Made by a program: the position numbers and the translations under genes. A stretch of 64,000 nucleotides of DNA from contig CAJFCJ010000007.1 of assembly GCA_904063045.1 (NCBI GenBank), positions 1,929,404 through 1,993,403 of the forward strand, in the 5' to 3' direction. The DNA is from Dimorphilus gyrociliatus. Taxonomy: Eukaryota > Animalia > Annelida. This document shows positions 14,434 through 27,185 of this stretch, piece after piece. The notes under the pieces are model-generated. The model searched no databases. It worked only from the letters and a program-made list of their open reading frames with translations, and was not told the DNA's origin. Each line of letters opens with the position of its first letter. The first letter of the stretch is position 1.

Positions 14434-17400
14434 TTAATGCACGTAACCGTTTATGGTTTGTGGAGCAGCATGCTGCTGTTGCTGTTGCTGTTGATGTTGT
14501 TGCTGATATTGGTGAGTATCGACAATAACGGACGTATAACAAGGTTCATAACGAGCGGATGACCAATCGGTTGTTTCAGGCCGTCGCATAATAACTGATT
14601 GCTGCCTTTCTTTGTCTTGTAAACGTCTTTGTTGTTCTTCTTCTCCACCGACATCGACGTCTGATGCAGAAGACTCAGATCGAGGCGCTGAATACGCTGG
14701 GGGTGGTTGGTACGAAGACGGAACCGGATAAGCGCAATCTGGGTAGTACTGTGAGTAATCAGCCGCATAAGGAGGGCGAGCGGCATAAAGGGGATGATGG
14801 TGATGATCGTATAAATGGGCGGCTGACGAATAGGCATGATACGCAAGTTCCTGACCAGTATACATCAGGCCAGCAGCGTGATAAGGAGAAGTAGAGGCAG
14901 AGTACTGATCGGCGATTGGATAATTTCGAGCTTCGCAGTCGTAGTCTTGTGATGCGGCAGCAACTGCAGCCGCTGCTACATGCAGCGAAGGTGTAGCAGG
15001 TGTGAGTGCGGGATAAGGCGATCTTCTAGATTTTGAACGGGGTCTACCTGTTTTACCAGTTCCTCCATTATTACCTGCTGAACTAGGTGGACTAGCAGAT
15101 GAATAAAGTGCTCCGCAATCAGACGTTTCCCTATTCGTTTGCTGATCAAGCGTCAATTGCAGATCTTTTGCTTCAATTTCGCTAAGGACATAATTGACAC
15201 TAACAATACAATGAGGCCGACTTGAACGACTATTGTGAACTATGGTGGCATAGCTCTGAACCCATACCCAACCACCATTTTTGCATAGCAGTCTATAATA
15301 CTTAGTAGTCACTTGACCCTTCATGAGTAGGCAATGATGCGAATATCGCATATGTATAATATCGCAGGCATGCACATAATGATAAAGAGTCTTTTCTATC
15401 AGATCTTGAGGTTCGTAACCGGTTAGAGCGGCCACTCTGGCGTCGAGAAAAATGAGTTTGAGATCTAGGTGGGCACGGAACATGAACATGTTATTGTACA
15501 TTTTGATTTCCGTTATAGCTGATGGTGGTAGAGAATGTCCAACGGCGACGAGTCCGACGTTATGGAAGCAGTTGTCAAAAGGCGGCATGTCGACTGGGTA
15601 CTGCTTGATTTTTAAGTAGCCGGAGCAGTGTATGACCTGTATATATAGTTGAAGGCGATCCATCAAGTGAAATTGTGTACATTGTAAATTTTACCATTTA
15701 AATAGCGGCGTCTATGTACGAGCATGCGTGTGTATTTGTTAATTGTATATTGTTATAAATAAATAAATGTAAGACTTATACCTATAAAGTGTAATACTGT
15801 ATACTGTATATACTTTTTACATATACAAGAGCTTCTTTGTAGCTTTATAATTTATAAGAGCTGCTAATATTAGAATGCTTTGAACTAAGGATAGTACATG
15901 ATGCACGTATACATCACATGTATATTAGCGCGTTGTATATATCCAATTTGTATATCTATTGTACAGTATACTACCAAATTGATAATACATTATATAAAAA
16001 TAAATAAGACCGTTTTAGAATGAAAGAGGAAATAAGAGGGAAAAAAAGAGAGAAAGCGAAATTCGAACGTAATTTCCCGCAACCAATCATGGTCGGTAAT
16101 CGTGATCAAATAAACGTCGTTTAAAGCGTAGCGCCTTTGATGTCGGCCGCGCCAACGATCGATAGCCTACTATTTGCTTTTCATTTTGCCGTTTGCGAAC
16201 CTTATAGCCGCCAGACGTCAGGCCTGCGTTCCTTTTCGCCAATACGCACTTCATTCGTAGGAAGAACGACCTCTCCAGTTCGTAATCTGTCACAATACAA
16301 AGTGGCACTAAGTCAATGCTTTAATCGCTTGCAATACAAGTCGCAGGTGCGCGTCTTTATCGCTATTCAAGAGTCATTAATATATGCTCTACAGTGTGAA
16401 AAATTTTGTAAAAAAAATAGATAGTAGTACCGTGTGTCATATGGTGATGAGCCGGAGGGTGGTAGGCGGCAGTAGGAGGGGCTGTGAGGAGGGCTTGCAT
16501 TTCTTCGTGATCGGCAGGGTGAATGTACTCATAAATGGAATTGCCTGTTAATTCAACTTGAGAGAGGCCGAGATGGACGGAAGCCGTTTCAGAGATATAC
16601 ATGATTTTCCCATCTGGAGCCACGACAAAAATGAAGCCGTCAAGCGTTTGTAAGAGATGTGACCCAAGTTCCTTTTCTCTGGGATTTACGTTTGTCTGTT
16701 TTTGTCCCCAAGCGTCTCCCAAACCTGTGTATAACACTGTATGTAGATATTGTTTGCCTTAAATTGCGACGAGATGCTTCTCAGCAGGAGACGTGTCCAA
16801 TTAGGGAAGGAGCGCGCGTACGGCTCGTTAACGGGAGGGTTCCTATAATTTACACTCGATGTCCGTGTTCTACATCTTTTCAACTAGTTGCAGTCATTAT
16901 TTTAAAACATATGTAAAATTTATTTACAGTTTTATGATGTACTCCTTATCTTTATGATTTTGGCTATTGCTCGTTCGGCATTCTCTAAACTAAAAGCGAC
17001 GTAGAGCGGTGCGCGGACAAAAACGGTAAGGAATCGGCGGAGAGACGGCGCGCGCCTGTGCACGCGCGAAGGGCGTGGTACGGAGGAGACGCTTAGAGAC
17101 GGCACGAAGACGACGTCTCTTTAGCACGTACATGGAGTTTAAGTGGCGTATTTAGGCGGCGTCTCTGGGACGGTGCGGGCGTGGTGCGATCAGCAGGTGT
17201 GAGGCGCCAATTAACGGTTACGAATCTTCTTTGAAGACTACCATATTCAAGGAATAATTATCCTATTGCAGATTCCTTACAATATATATAGAATGTTATG
17301 TATTGTATTTTTGTACTAATATATAGAGTATATACTGAATGTATTAATAATCAAATGCATATTTATATTTTTATACGTTAAGTTCTTATGTATAAGTAGG

Positions 17401-18155
17401 TATATATATACTAATCGTTATAATTAAACACCGTTATATTTATACATATGTATCGATTGCAAAACCGGTTCTCAAACAGGCACTAATCAAAATATTGACC
17501 ATGCAACCGTTGTCCGGCACCCTGGTATTTCGGAACTTTTCAACGCTAATGCGCCCATGATGAGTGTTGTAAAAAAGGGTTGTGGGCGGCGTTCGAACCG
17601 CCTCTGGGTGCGGCCTGGTGCCGCATTTAAGTGGCCGACTGAATAGAAGAGGGGCGGCGAATCTTTATTATACTCTTTATAATCATACAGCACGCGCGGC
17701 CCCTACCACTTCATTAAACAACTTGCGACAAACTATAGCTATATGCATGAAACGCGCTTCCTTTTTTAAAGTGTCTTTGTTTCTGTAGCCCCTAGTAGAG
17801 TATACATAGGCGAACGAAGCTAATCAGGCGCTCATTAGTAGAGCAGCGTTACGTGCCCCGCCCCAGGTTAAGTGCAGGTTAATTATGAAAGGAAGACTTT
17901 TTTGCTTCCTTCTCTTATTCTTCTTTCTTTTCCCATATTTTATTGATACGTTCCAATAACTATTGTCAAAGAAAACTTACCATCGGGAAACACAGCTCTC
18001 ATCTTTAGGTAGGAGGTCGTCAGGCGGATGATAGAAGCTTTATCGAGCTGCGAGGTGATTGCCGCCGGAAGTGGAAGCATTTTTGCCAACTCCTGGAATT
18101 CAGCATTCTCCTTCTCGCGTCGAGACCTCGCCGCATTTTTTGACTTTTCTTTCAT
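14434..18155 (-). CDS. sim: Single-minded bHLH-PAS transcription factor; coding exons 18155-17981, 16724-16431, 16286-16201, 15636-14434
   Basis: [53 protein letters not shown] (bHLH). PAS-A: [47 protein letters not shown]: [19 protein letters not shown]...[18 protein letters not shown]. Splice phases are consistent. Confidence 0.97.
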
Positions 18156-20470
18156 CGCTCCGTCCAACGTCACCCTGTATGCATGAACATCGTGATTGTA
18201 TTGTGATTTACGAAATACGCCTTATACGGAAGAGTTCGAATTGCCCAACGTCACCTGTCCACAACAATCATTTATTTGCGCAAGCTTTGGCAAATAGAGC
18301 TTGCGTTGGCGCGCGTGTGGGCTCGAAGCTGCTGTTGCACCGGTTCGTAATATAAAAAGTGCGTGAGAAAGTGATGGCATTGCAACGTGTTACTACTGAT
18401 TTAAAGCAACACCTAAATATCCTCCTACTGTGTTTATGCAAGTGAAGGGCAATGGAAGTATCATAAATAATTATCTCGATATATCGCTAACCATAAACCC
18501 TTTTGCTTTTCTTTTCATTTGAGAACTTTATACTTAGACCGACAAACACGCTTCGCTTGTTTTTGCTGCTTTGTAATTCCATTAGACGAAATGTGAGGCC
18601 TACGACAATGTGGCGAACAATATACTCTGTTGACTATTCGCCCGTGTTGTTCTTTATTCAAACAACCTTCAAAGCTTCCACGCTGACCTAGTTTTTTTTT
18701 GTTTTCAAACTTTTCCTTTGACGTATTAAGTGTGAAATGTTCATGAAGGAAAATGATAAAAACTGAAAAAAACTCGTATCTTTAAGTCGTTCTTTATAAC
18801 GAATAACTTTCATCGCTATGCATTCGTAAAACGTTTTTGCACAAACGAATATATTCCATATATGGTTTGGCTAAATAGGTCAAAATTTACATACCAGATC
18901 ACTGTTATATATGTATACGCCCTATTGTATATACACCTGTATATATAAAAATGTCAGTCAATAAAAATCCAAGAATAATAATGGCAGCAATAATGAGCGA
19001 ACGTCACTCAACGAAGCGCGAAAAAAATTTGCTCGCACGTGTACTAAAATCATTTATAGATATACACTATTGCAAAAAGAAATCAGAAGTAGTTACAACA
19101 TGTGCGTCCAATTGCCGTTTATGTAAATTGCTTGTATTCTCCTCCCGCAAAAAGAGAGATAAAATGATCTCTCCAATGTTTTGCAGATTGAACATGTGTT
19201 TTCTCCTACATGCAATATACACAACGTTTATATTGAACACCTCCGAAAGTATATGTTTAAGATATATGGAACGTTTTCAAGAATTATATGCAGGAGCACG
19301 TTTTCTTTTTATAAAGAAAGCGGTCAAACGTTTTGGACACAAGTGTCTATAACCATGCTCTTTAAAAGAGCGCTCACTTTCTTTCTTTTTTTCTTTCGTT
19401 TGTTTGTTTCAAGTAAGTGAAGCGGTTTATTATATTTTTCGTGACAAACGAGGCAGTTAGCGTCGCTTCAATGAACACGTCAAAATTCTTATCAAAAACA
19501 CATAGATAAGAATAATTTTCCGCTCTAAAGGGCGCGCGCGAGTAGTGTTTTTTCGTTTCGCAAATTATTTACCTGTTTTTCGTATACTCTGCTATCTAAA
19601 TTGAGCAGCTGCATACACTGATTAAGATAGCGACGTACCTTGACTAATTGTTTTATCGAATACTAGCATTAGGAAACTATGCGGGGAATTATCTAATACT
19701 CTAACTTGAAAAATTAAAACGTACAATCTTCGGTACGTATGTTAGAAGTACATATAATATATACACTCAGATATTAAAACATATATTTATACCTGCACCG
19801 TGCCGGCGCATAGTTCGTTTTCATTAAACGTCTCACTGCAAACTCGGCCATGTTTGACGCGATTCGATTGCGAATTTATAAGCATGTAGTAAGAAAAAAT
19901 ATATCTATATAGCGTACAACATGTCTTTGTATAGTTGTTTTTTCTCTTATTTTACAATCTATCTCCCGACTGAAAGAAGAACAGATTTGTGCCGTATAAT
20001 AAATTAATCAGGAATGTAACTCCCAAAATGTGTCAGATTCAACATACTACTTGATATAATAATAATTATTCTAGAGTTTAAGTCATCTTGTTCATATCAG
20101 ATTATTTATCTTTATAAGTATGGACATACAATCTATATACATATGCTATACATATCAAGAGAAAACAAAATAAGGAAATATAAACGAGAGACGCCTGGAG
20201 CACACCTGTTTTAGACTTATATATTAACTATGCATATCGATACAAATATTAGAAGCATAGAAGTGTTTAAAGTCGCTATAAATTTGGCACTCTAACGCGC
20301 AATTCAAACACTTTAAAAGCTTTTTATCAGTGAAACCTTTGGCGTTTGCCGGTGAAAAAGTGTATATATTATTAACGACATTTCTCGCACCATTTACAAA
20401 GTGATTTCTATTTATCAATTTTGACTTATAATAGAACCTTTTGAGAGTATGAAAGGAAATAAATAATTAC

Positions 20471-20720
20471 CTGGAAGAAGACGTTTGGTGCTGTTGAGAC
20501 GTGCAAGCATGATCCGTCGACGTCGTGGTGGTAATATATTTTTTAGCAATTATTTTCTTTTTGCAATTGATATGTATATCTATATTATAAAATAACACGA
20601 CTCCACTCGTATCGTCCGTATCCAACAAGCGGATAAATACTTGTGAAAGCGACTGCGATCAATCAAGAATTCGCATTCGACCGTGATTGGCTGATGAAAG
20701 CGAGACTGCGCCACCTGACC
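20471..20720 (-). promoter_or_regulatory. Candidate upstream promoter and non-coding leader exon of sim
   Basis: Minus-strand CCAAT box (ATTGG at 20686-20690), TATA-like TTATAATATA at 20581-20590 and donor CAG|GTAATT at 20471/20470. An unpaired acceptor, catacag|G, lies at 18175/18174 just upstream of the sim ATG. Confidence 0.4.
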
Positions 20721-21721
20721 TACTTGCATCTTAATAATCTAGTTCTACTATAGTATATACATTGTAACGTAACTGGTAGGGTGTACTGAACGTGCAGAGC
20801 GGCCACTGTCCGTCACGTTCAAACTGACACACTGTCCTCAATTGGTTTTACAGTATTTTCTATATTAAAGTTAATATATATCTATGCTATATAGACAGAT
20901 ATTTAAATTTATAAATACCTCCATACAGATCTATTTCTATACGTGGTATATATAGGTGCATAACTTGCAAAGCCTTTCTCAAATAAATTTCGTAATCAGA
21001 AGAGAAATATTGAAATTAGTACATGGTCTAAGTTAACGAAATGTGATATGAGCGCATAATGATAGTCGTATATAAATATAAAGATTATCTCTTTTATAGA
21101 AAGAATCACATTATTAATAGTATTGTTTTTCAGTCTATTCTATAAGGTAGTTAACTACATATTTCTAAAATCGATAGTAAAATAGGATTCTCTTCAACTA
21201 ATGACTTGAAAATACTTTTAAACAAATCATGAGAACTATTAGTTCTTTAAAATATATTTTTATGTCATTTATATATTTTCTACTATATACTCGAGCAAGG
21301 TTTCGCTCTCAGCAATAAGTACAGTTCAAGCGCCTTTCCATTCTCATCATCACGTTCGTTCCGGTTTTATATACCTACATACATAAGGCGCTCGGTATTT
21401 TTATTGATTATCTTAAATATATGTAGGATATGAGAATATATAAATCTTATAGATGATGATTTCTTAAGAGTAAGATAAACATTCATGGTTAAATTGTAAG
21501 TATGCTATGCATTATTCTAAATTTGATTAAGTCATCATTAACAATTGTATTGCACGGTACACTTGCATTTATTTATATATATATTGAAGACGTTTGTGAT
21601 TTTTATAATTTACGTAATGGAAACTGGATTATCTTGTTAATTCGACTAATGCGTTCAATTGAGCGGAGGACGTCGCGCGCCCAAAGAAAAGAACAACTGC
21701 TTTGGGCAATTTGTCAATATC

Positions 21722-21724
<3 letters not shown>

Positions 21725-21753
<29 letters not shown>
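21725..21753. repeat. (TA)n microsatellite
   Basis: Run of TA dinucleotides in the sim upstream region. Confidence 0.85.
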
Positions 21754-21756
<3 letters not shown>

Positions 21757-23443
21757 CTTTTTTACTTAACTGCATAATTCTCGTTTTTTATTTGGGAATG
21801 CAGTTCTCTTTATCTAGAATTTAATTGTGCTTTAATTTGTATGTCTCCGATTCTAAGCGATTCGGTAAAAACTGATAGAATATATCGACGACATCGCTAG
21901 CTGTTTTATTTAGAAAAGCTAGAAGCATCACGTTCGAGTTTCAAGCAAGAATGCATTCTCACTTCAAAGGCTTGCCCGAGTGTTAAAGCAATCAAGCATC
22001 TCGTCACCTGACCAGGAAGTCTGACGTCACGGATTAGCTTTCGGGCGTCGGCCGCTTTTTCGTAAATTGGAGAGATTTGTATGCGTAGGGAATGTTTGCG
22101 TAGTTTTAGCGTTGAACCGCTGTCGGTGGGAGATAACGCCGAAACGTTTTCAAAGAAGCCGCCGATCGAACAATGAGTAAGTCAAGTGGTATACGGAACA
22201 CCTGCAAGCCTGAGACTGCTTGGCGCCGGAAGTCAGCCCTTCAAGTTATAGGCCTATATAAAATATATAATATATTTTATATTTCTAGTATATATATTTA
22301 GATATAAATATAAATTTATATATATATATATATTTATATATTGTGTATATAAATATATAGTTGATCTAAGAATTAAACTCAACAACATATAGCGCTAAGT
22401 GTCTTTGGTGACGTACTGTGTATGACCGTGATTTTCTATTTATCTATGTACGCACTAGAATAAAAAAGTAGATTTCCATACATTTACACATAATGTGTAT
22501 GTCTTACATAAAAACTGTAGGTAATATATATTAATATATTAGTATAAATTCATATATACTAATATATATATATATATATTTATATGTATTTTTCGCACAT
22601 TTTTTTCTCTGTTTACGATCATCGTTTACACAGTTGCTGTGCTGAGTGCTTTAAAAAAGTCGCGCCAATTCGATTTTTCTTCCGACCGGAATACGATATT
22701 CCTATATATAATTAGCGTACGGCGTCCGGCATTATTTATATACTTAATCCCAGCATAAATACGAATTTCCTACAAACGTATAGATAATTAAATAAAAAGA
22801 AAACGCGCAACATTTTCATTCGCTCTCCCACTTCATTATGCACATCAAATATTGGCGCGAGCAGCAGACAAAGCGTCTGTTAAATAGGCGTAGTATAAGG
22901 CAATTAATAGAGAAAGTGGTATATACTCTTATATAGAGGCGACTATTTATATAAGGCTAGTAGACTTCAAAGAGGGCAGTTGGTTCTCGTCTAACGAACG
23001 ATACAGTTCGCGAGTTAGAGGTCGGTAAATAAACAAACATAAGCAGCGACCAGCTGCGTTCGACGTGCCGGCTAACTGATCACACAAACACTGGAGAAGA
23101 AAATTCTTCCAGGCAACATTCCTCTTCCGTCACCTGTTCGTCCAATTATCGGACGATTAGCGCGAGTGTCGGCGATGAGCGTGGCAAACATTCCCGGCTA
23201 TGCGAAATATTTACGACCGTCTTATAACGTCGAATATATCGCAGTCCGATACGTTCAGATAATGATAAGACACGAGCCCCAAGCGCATACTGCACATTCC
23301 TTTTAATTTTACCATCGTCATTAACGCCGTTCTACATAAAAGCAAAAGTACGGCTTTTGATGTGCGCGAGTTTTGAGCATGACTGAGTCGAGCTCGTAAC
23401 TTCTAAAGACGTGCGGAAGACGACAAAAACGGCTGCTCTCTTT

Positions 23444-23473
23444 TCCGCCGCCGCCACCACCACCGCCGCTGCC
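23444..23473. repeat. Imperfect (CCG/CCA)n trinucleotide tract
   Basis: ccgccgccgccaccaccaccgccgctgcc; GC-rich and atypical for this AT-rich background. Confidence 0.7.
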
Positions 23474-23941
23474 AACATTGCCATTTCTCTCATTCATGGA
23501 CAATGTTGTTCCCACCCTTACCATCCAATATCAGTCCCTCCCCCAACAAATCGATAAGCCTTCGATAACGACGCGTGATGAAGGAAAAAAGAAACTGCTT
23601 GAAACCGGCGACCGAGTCGTGTCGGACAATTTCCCGAGGATCAATGTCTGATTGAGTGTGTTCTGGCGAGTGGTCCGTTCACTCGCTCTCTACTTCACCG
23701 CCTGTTTACGAAGCGTGCAGTGACACCTTCTTTATTACGGGGCTAGCCTAGGGTCTTGCCGCCTTTAAAGCGAGTGTATATACTCTCATCTGTAGATGCG
23801 AATACACGAGAGTCGACCTTGCCTAAGGCCAATATGCTTAATTGCCGGCGTCTCGGGCGAATCACGGAGGCTAACTATAAATGCTTTGAAACTTAGATCT
23901 TTCCACTAGGTGGAGACAAATTATTTTTATCAGTCGAGTGT

Positions 23942-25646
23942 TTAGTTTAAGTACTGAAATAGCTGTCGAAAGGGATTGTCTTCTTTAAATGTCCACTTGT
24001 CGAAATCATTAAATGCTGTTGTACTCTCTAAAGTAGTCCAGTTAGTTCGTAAAGCGGCCTGACTCTTTAATAGAATTAAATGTAAAGCCAAATGATTGTT
24101 TGGCAGAATGGGACCAACAACGTCCATCCAATACTTGAAGTTTTCTTTCCCATTGCTCCCTTGTTGCATAACTCCATGACGGTATTTGCAAGAAACGAGT
24201 GTTGCACCACAAAATACAACAGGCGATAAGAGCGTCGGAGGGACACCGGCGTAAATTCCTGTTTGAGGAATTAGCGCCCGCCTGTTAATAATAAAGTTGT
24301 AAAAGGCGTGCACTTGGGAATCTTTAATTAGGACAGTCGAAGATGGCCGATCATCTACTTTCCGAAAATTTTCTTTCCATTTGCTATCAGCTGTAAAGCC
24401 GACAACTTGAGTTTTTTCAACCATATCTTTTATTATCTCATCCTCACTATCATCTTCGTCTTCATCAGAGCTTTCACTTTTATTGTCATTTACCACACAT
24501 TCTTTTTTCTCTTCAGAAGATTCATTTAGTGGCATGGAAAATTCAATTCCTTCGCTTGATAGGGCTTTTCTTAATCCAACCGACGTAGGTGTTAATGCCA
24601 CAGTCATTATCTCTTCAGGATGTAGCATAGGGCTTTTAAATAGAGCCGTAAAAAAAGGAGCATTTAGGTAAAAATATGGACATTTTCCCGCCTTTAACAT
24701 AGTGTATAAACTCGTTAAACTATTTTTCCTGTATTCAACAGTAATGACATTTTTAATATATAAAAAATAATAATTATAGCTAGTACAAACCAAGAGTCAA
24801 TAATCAATTTTTGGGCGTCGTCAGAAAGTAGATTTGGTAAACGTGCGCTTGATTTACTAAAACAAAAAGAAAAAGATAACCATTGTTTATTTGTACAAAT
24901 TAAAAGCAAATAACGAACGGGGATGAACTTTCTAATCTTGGAAAGAGTTTTAACCAAGGAAAAACCGGATGTTGCCAGAGCATATTCGCAGATTTTAATC
25001 TACGTTTTAGAACGTGAGGAGTTTTTTCTTCATTGTGAAGGAGATTTTTTAACTCAACAAACTCCGAAATAGAATCTGCCTCCTCACTAGTCCTTAGAGG
25101 CTGGCACCAATCAAACGGTTCGTTTGATAAGAATCTTAATTTAGTCTTCAAAGACCAATCAACAGTTGACCAAATTGTGGATTGTTCGTTCTGTTTCTCC
25201 TCAGGTACTTGTTTAGAACTTGAATTCAGATTTTCTGAAGACGGTACTTCAAAATCATTAATTAGTTTCTCATAATCGTCACCCGCGAGCACTTCATCGC
25301 TGTTCTGATAAATGATAAAGAAATTAAGCCGCTATCAAGGTTATCGTTTTAATGATGTGCTTACAAAAGATTGATTAAAACTGGGCTGCTTCTGAAGTCG
25401 CGAAAATACAGAATTATCATCTGGGTTTTCACTTTTAATGTTAATCCTGGGACTTTTAGATAAACTTTGTTGTGAAAGAAACGGGTTTTTTCGTTTGACA
25501 CCTGGTTTTCTATTTACAGTAGCAGGACCTTGTGTTGAAAAATCTCCGTCTGACAAACTTCTCACAGCAGGTAACTTTTTCTTTTTTTTCCGCCCTTTTA
25601 AAATATCGTTTGGTCTCTTCCATGGAGAAGTATCATTATCAGTCAT
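23942..25646 (-). CDS. DONSON: Protein downstream neighbor of Son (replisome factor), multi-exon
   Basis: N-terminus SPWKRPNDILKGRKKKK...KRKNPF. Core motifs VDWSLKTKLRFLSNEPFDW, WQHPVFPWLKLFPR, DSW|KNSLTSLYTMLKAGKCPYFY, GVPPTLLSPVVFCGATL and GPILP. Confidence 0.93.
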
Positions 25647-25760
25647 AACTGAAATGAGGTTATATAAAATTAATATAAATTCCTACATAAAACAATTGGT
25701 AAAGAATTTTATCATATTAAAAAAAACAGGTATATTTCTCGAATTAGCAACTTTATTTAG

Positions 25761-26810
25761 CTAAACTAATAGTTGTTTATGCGTCGTAAATTCTGTCATT
25801 GCATTTTCGATAGCTTCCGGAAATTTTTCCAAAGGTACTTTAGAAACAGGTGGACACTTAAGTTTATTCTTTTTTATAAGAGAAGAGAGATAGTCTAATG
25901 TGCGATATCGTTCGGCTGATTGATTATTTTCGTCATTCCATCTAGACATCCAAAATCCTTTGAAGGTAATATCAGCAAAAATTAAAGAGGCAGCGCTAGC
26001 CTTGAATGGTATTTTCGACATACAACCATATGTAACCATAGTTCCTTTCGGTCTTATATATTTAAGAAAATTAGTAGCGCTCATTCCGCCTACACAGTTG
26101 AGGGCTAATTTTGGCGCACTTTCCTTTCGTAAGATGTCCGATAATTGCGTTTTGCATTCTTCCTCTGTTAGCACATAATCAGCACCCATATCAAATAGAA
26201 ATCTTTTTAAATTTTCAACACGCGGTCGATCTCGAATTACATTTACGGTCTTGATCCTTAAATCTGTCGCTATTTGTATAACCGCCTGACCGACAGCACT
26301 ATTTGCACCGTTCTGTAGAACTACATCTCCCTCATCAATGCGTTCAAAGTCCATCAACATCCTATAAGCCGTACATGGATTTACAGATAAAGTTGCAGCT
26401 GATTCCAAAGGTAGGCTATTATCTATTTTAATAGCGTCTTTCTCATTGAAGACAGCATGAGAACGCCAAGTACCTGAGCCTGCTAAAGCTGGAATTACCC
26501 AATCGCCAACTTTTAAATTTTGACTTTTGGTTTCAATAACTGTAGCAACCCCCTCGTTCCCACCTACTGCTGGCATTGAGGGTTTTATCGGATAAACCCC
26601 TTGAATTTGATTAATATCTGCTGGATTGACTGAGGAGGCAAGGAATTTTAGCAAAACCTGACCATCTTTCAATGGTTGTATTTCTCTTTCACGTCCAACT
26701 AATACCTTTCTCGGATCACCATAATTTTCATAAATAACGTTGAAAGATGATAGGCAATTTTTTTGTTGAAAAAAACATTTAGCTGAACGTTTAACAGTAA
26801 ACGACAACAT
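25761..26810 (-). CDS. MECR: Mitochondrial trans-2-enoyl-ACP/CoA reductase, intronless, 349 aa
   Basis: Basic presequence-like N-terminus followed by NPADINQIQGVYP, VGGNEGV, GTWRSHA, AATLSVNPCTAYRML, QNGANSAVGQAVIQ, LALNCVGG and GFWMSRW. Confidence 0.96.
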   Translation of the reverse strand: MLSFTVKRSAKCFFQQKNCLSSFNVIYENYGDPRKVLVGREREIQPLKDGQVLLKFLASSVNPADINQIQGVYPIKPSMPAVGGNEGVATVIETKSQNLKVGDWVIPALAGSGTWRSHAVFNEKDAIKIDNSLPLESAATLSVNPCTAYRMLMDFERIDEGDVVLQNGANSAVGQAVIQIATDLRIKTVNVIRDRPRVENLKRFLFDMGADYVLTEEECKTQLSDILRKESAPKLALNCVGGMSATNFLKYIRPKGTMVTYGCMSKIPFKASAASLIFADITFKGFWMSRWNDENNQSAERYRTLDYLSSLIKKNKLKCPPVSKVPLEKFPEAIENAMTEFTTHKQLLV

Positions 26811-27077
26811 CGCGATGAAAGAAGGCGATAAATGGATAATAATACGACCTTATAGTGTCCGTAAAACTAAAATGGAGTATTGTTTAAAGCGAAATAGAAC
26901 TGAGGAAACGTTGGATGAATGTAAATACAAGTGTTACTTAATGTATACAATCAAATGTCTTGATTATCGCAAATATTATTTAAAGTGCCACCTTAAATAA
27001 AAACATAAGACGAAAATACTCTATATATAATTGTTTTTACCTCTTAAAAACAGAAAAGTCAAACCGCTATACAAAAT

Positions 27078-27088
27078 TTTTGGCGGGA
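27078..27088. promoter_or_regulatory. E2F consensus site TTTTGGCGGGA
   Basis: Matches TTTSSCGS in the short divergent interval between MECR/DONSON and SPAG17. Confidence 0.55.
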
Positions 27089-27112
27089 TCGAGTAAAAAC
27101 TGGTATTACCTA

Positions 27113-27125
27113 GTTGCTAGGCTAC
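27113..27125 (+). promoter_or_regulatory. RFX X-box GTTGCTAGGCTAC, 60 bp upstream of the SPAG17 ATG
   Basis: One mismatch to the 13-bp X-box GTTGCTAGGCAAC. SPAG17 is a motile-cilium gene, a class RFX is known to regulate. Confidence 0.6.
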
Positions 27126-27185
27126 ATGATTGTAAACAATCATGTTTCGAATGCGGTTAATTCTATAAAAACTAATTTTTGAACC

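Noticed and set aside
17583-17605. GGCG-TTCGAAC-CGCC T-arm/B-box-like hairpin in sim intron 1
   Set aside because: No D-arm, A-box, anticodon arm or acceptor stem, so it is not a tRNA.
23321-23524. ORF with a poly-Gly run upstream of sim
   Set aside because: It begins at a strong splice donor (ATG|GTAAGG), so it is more likely intronic; no recognisable domain and it cannot join sim in frame.
25758-25763. MECR stop context TAG-CTA as a possible readthrough signal
   Set aside because: The extension is low-complexity, stops before DONSON and overlaps the poly(A) signal.
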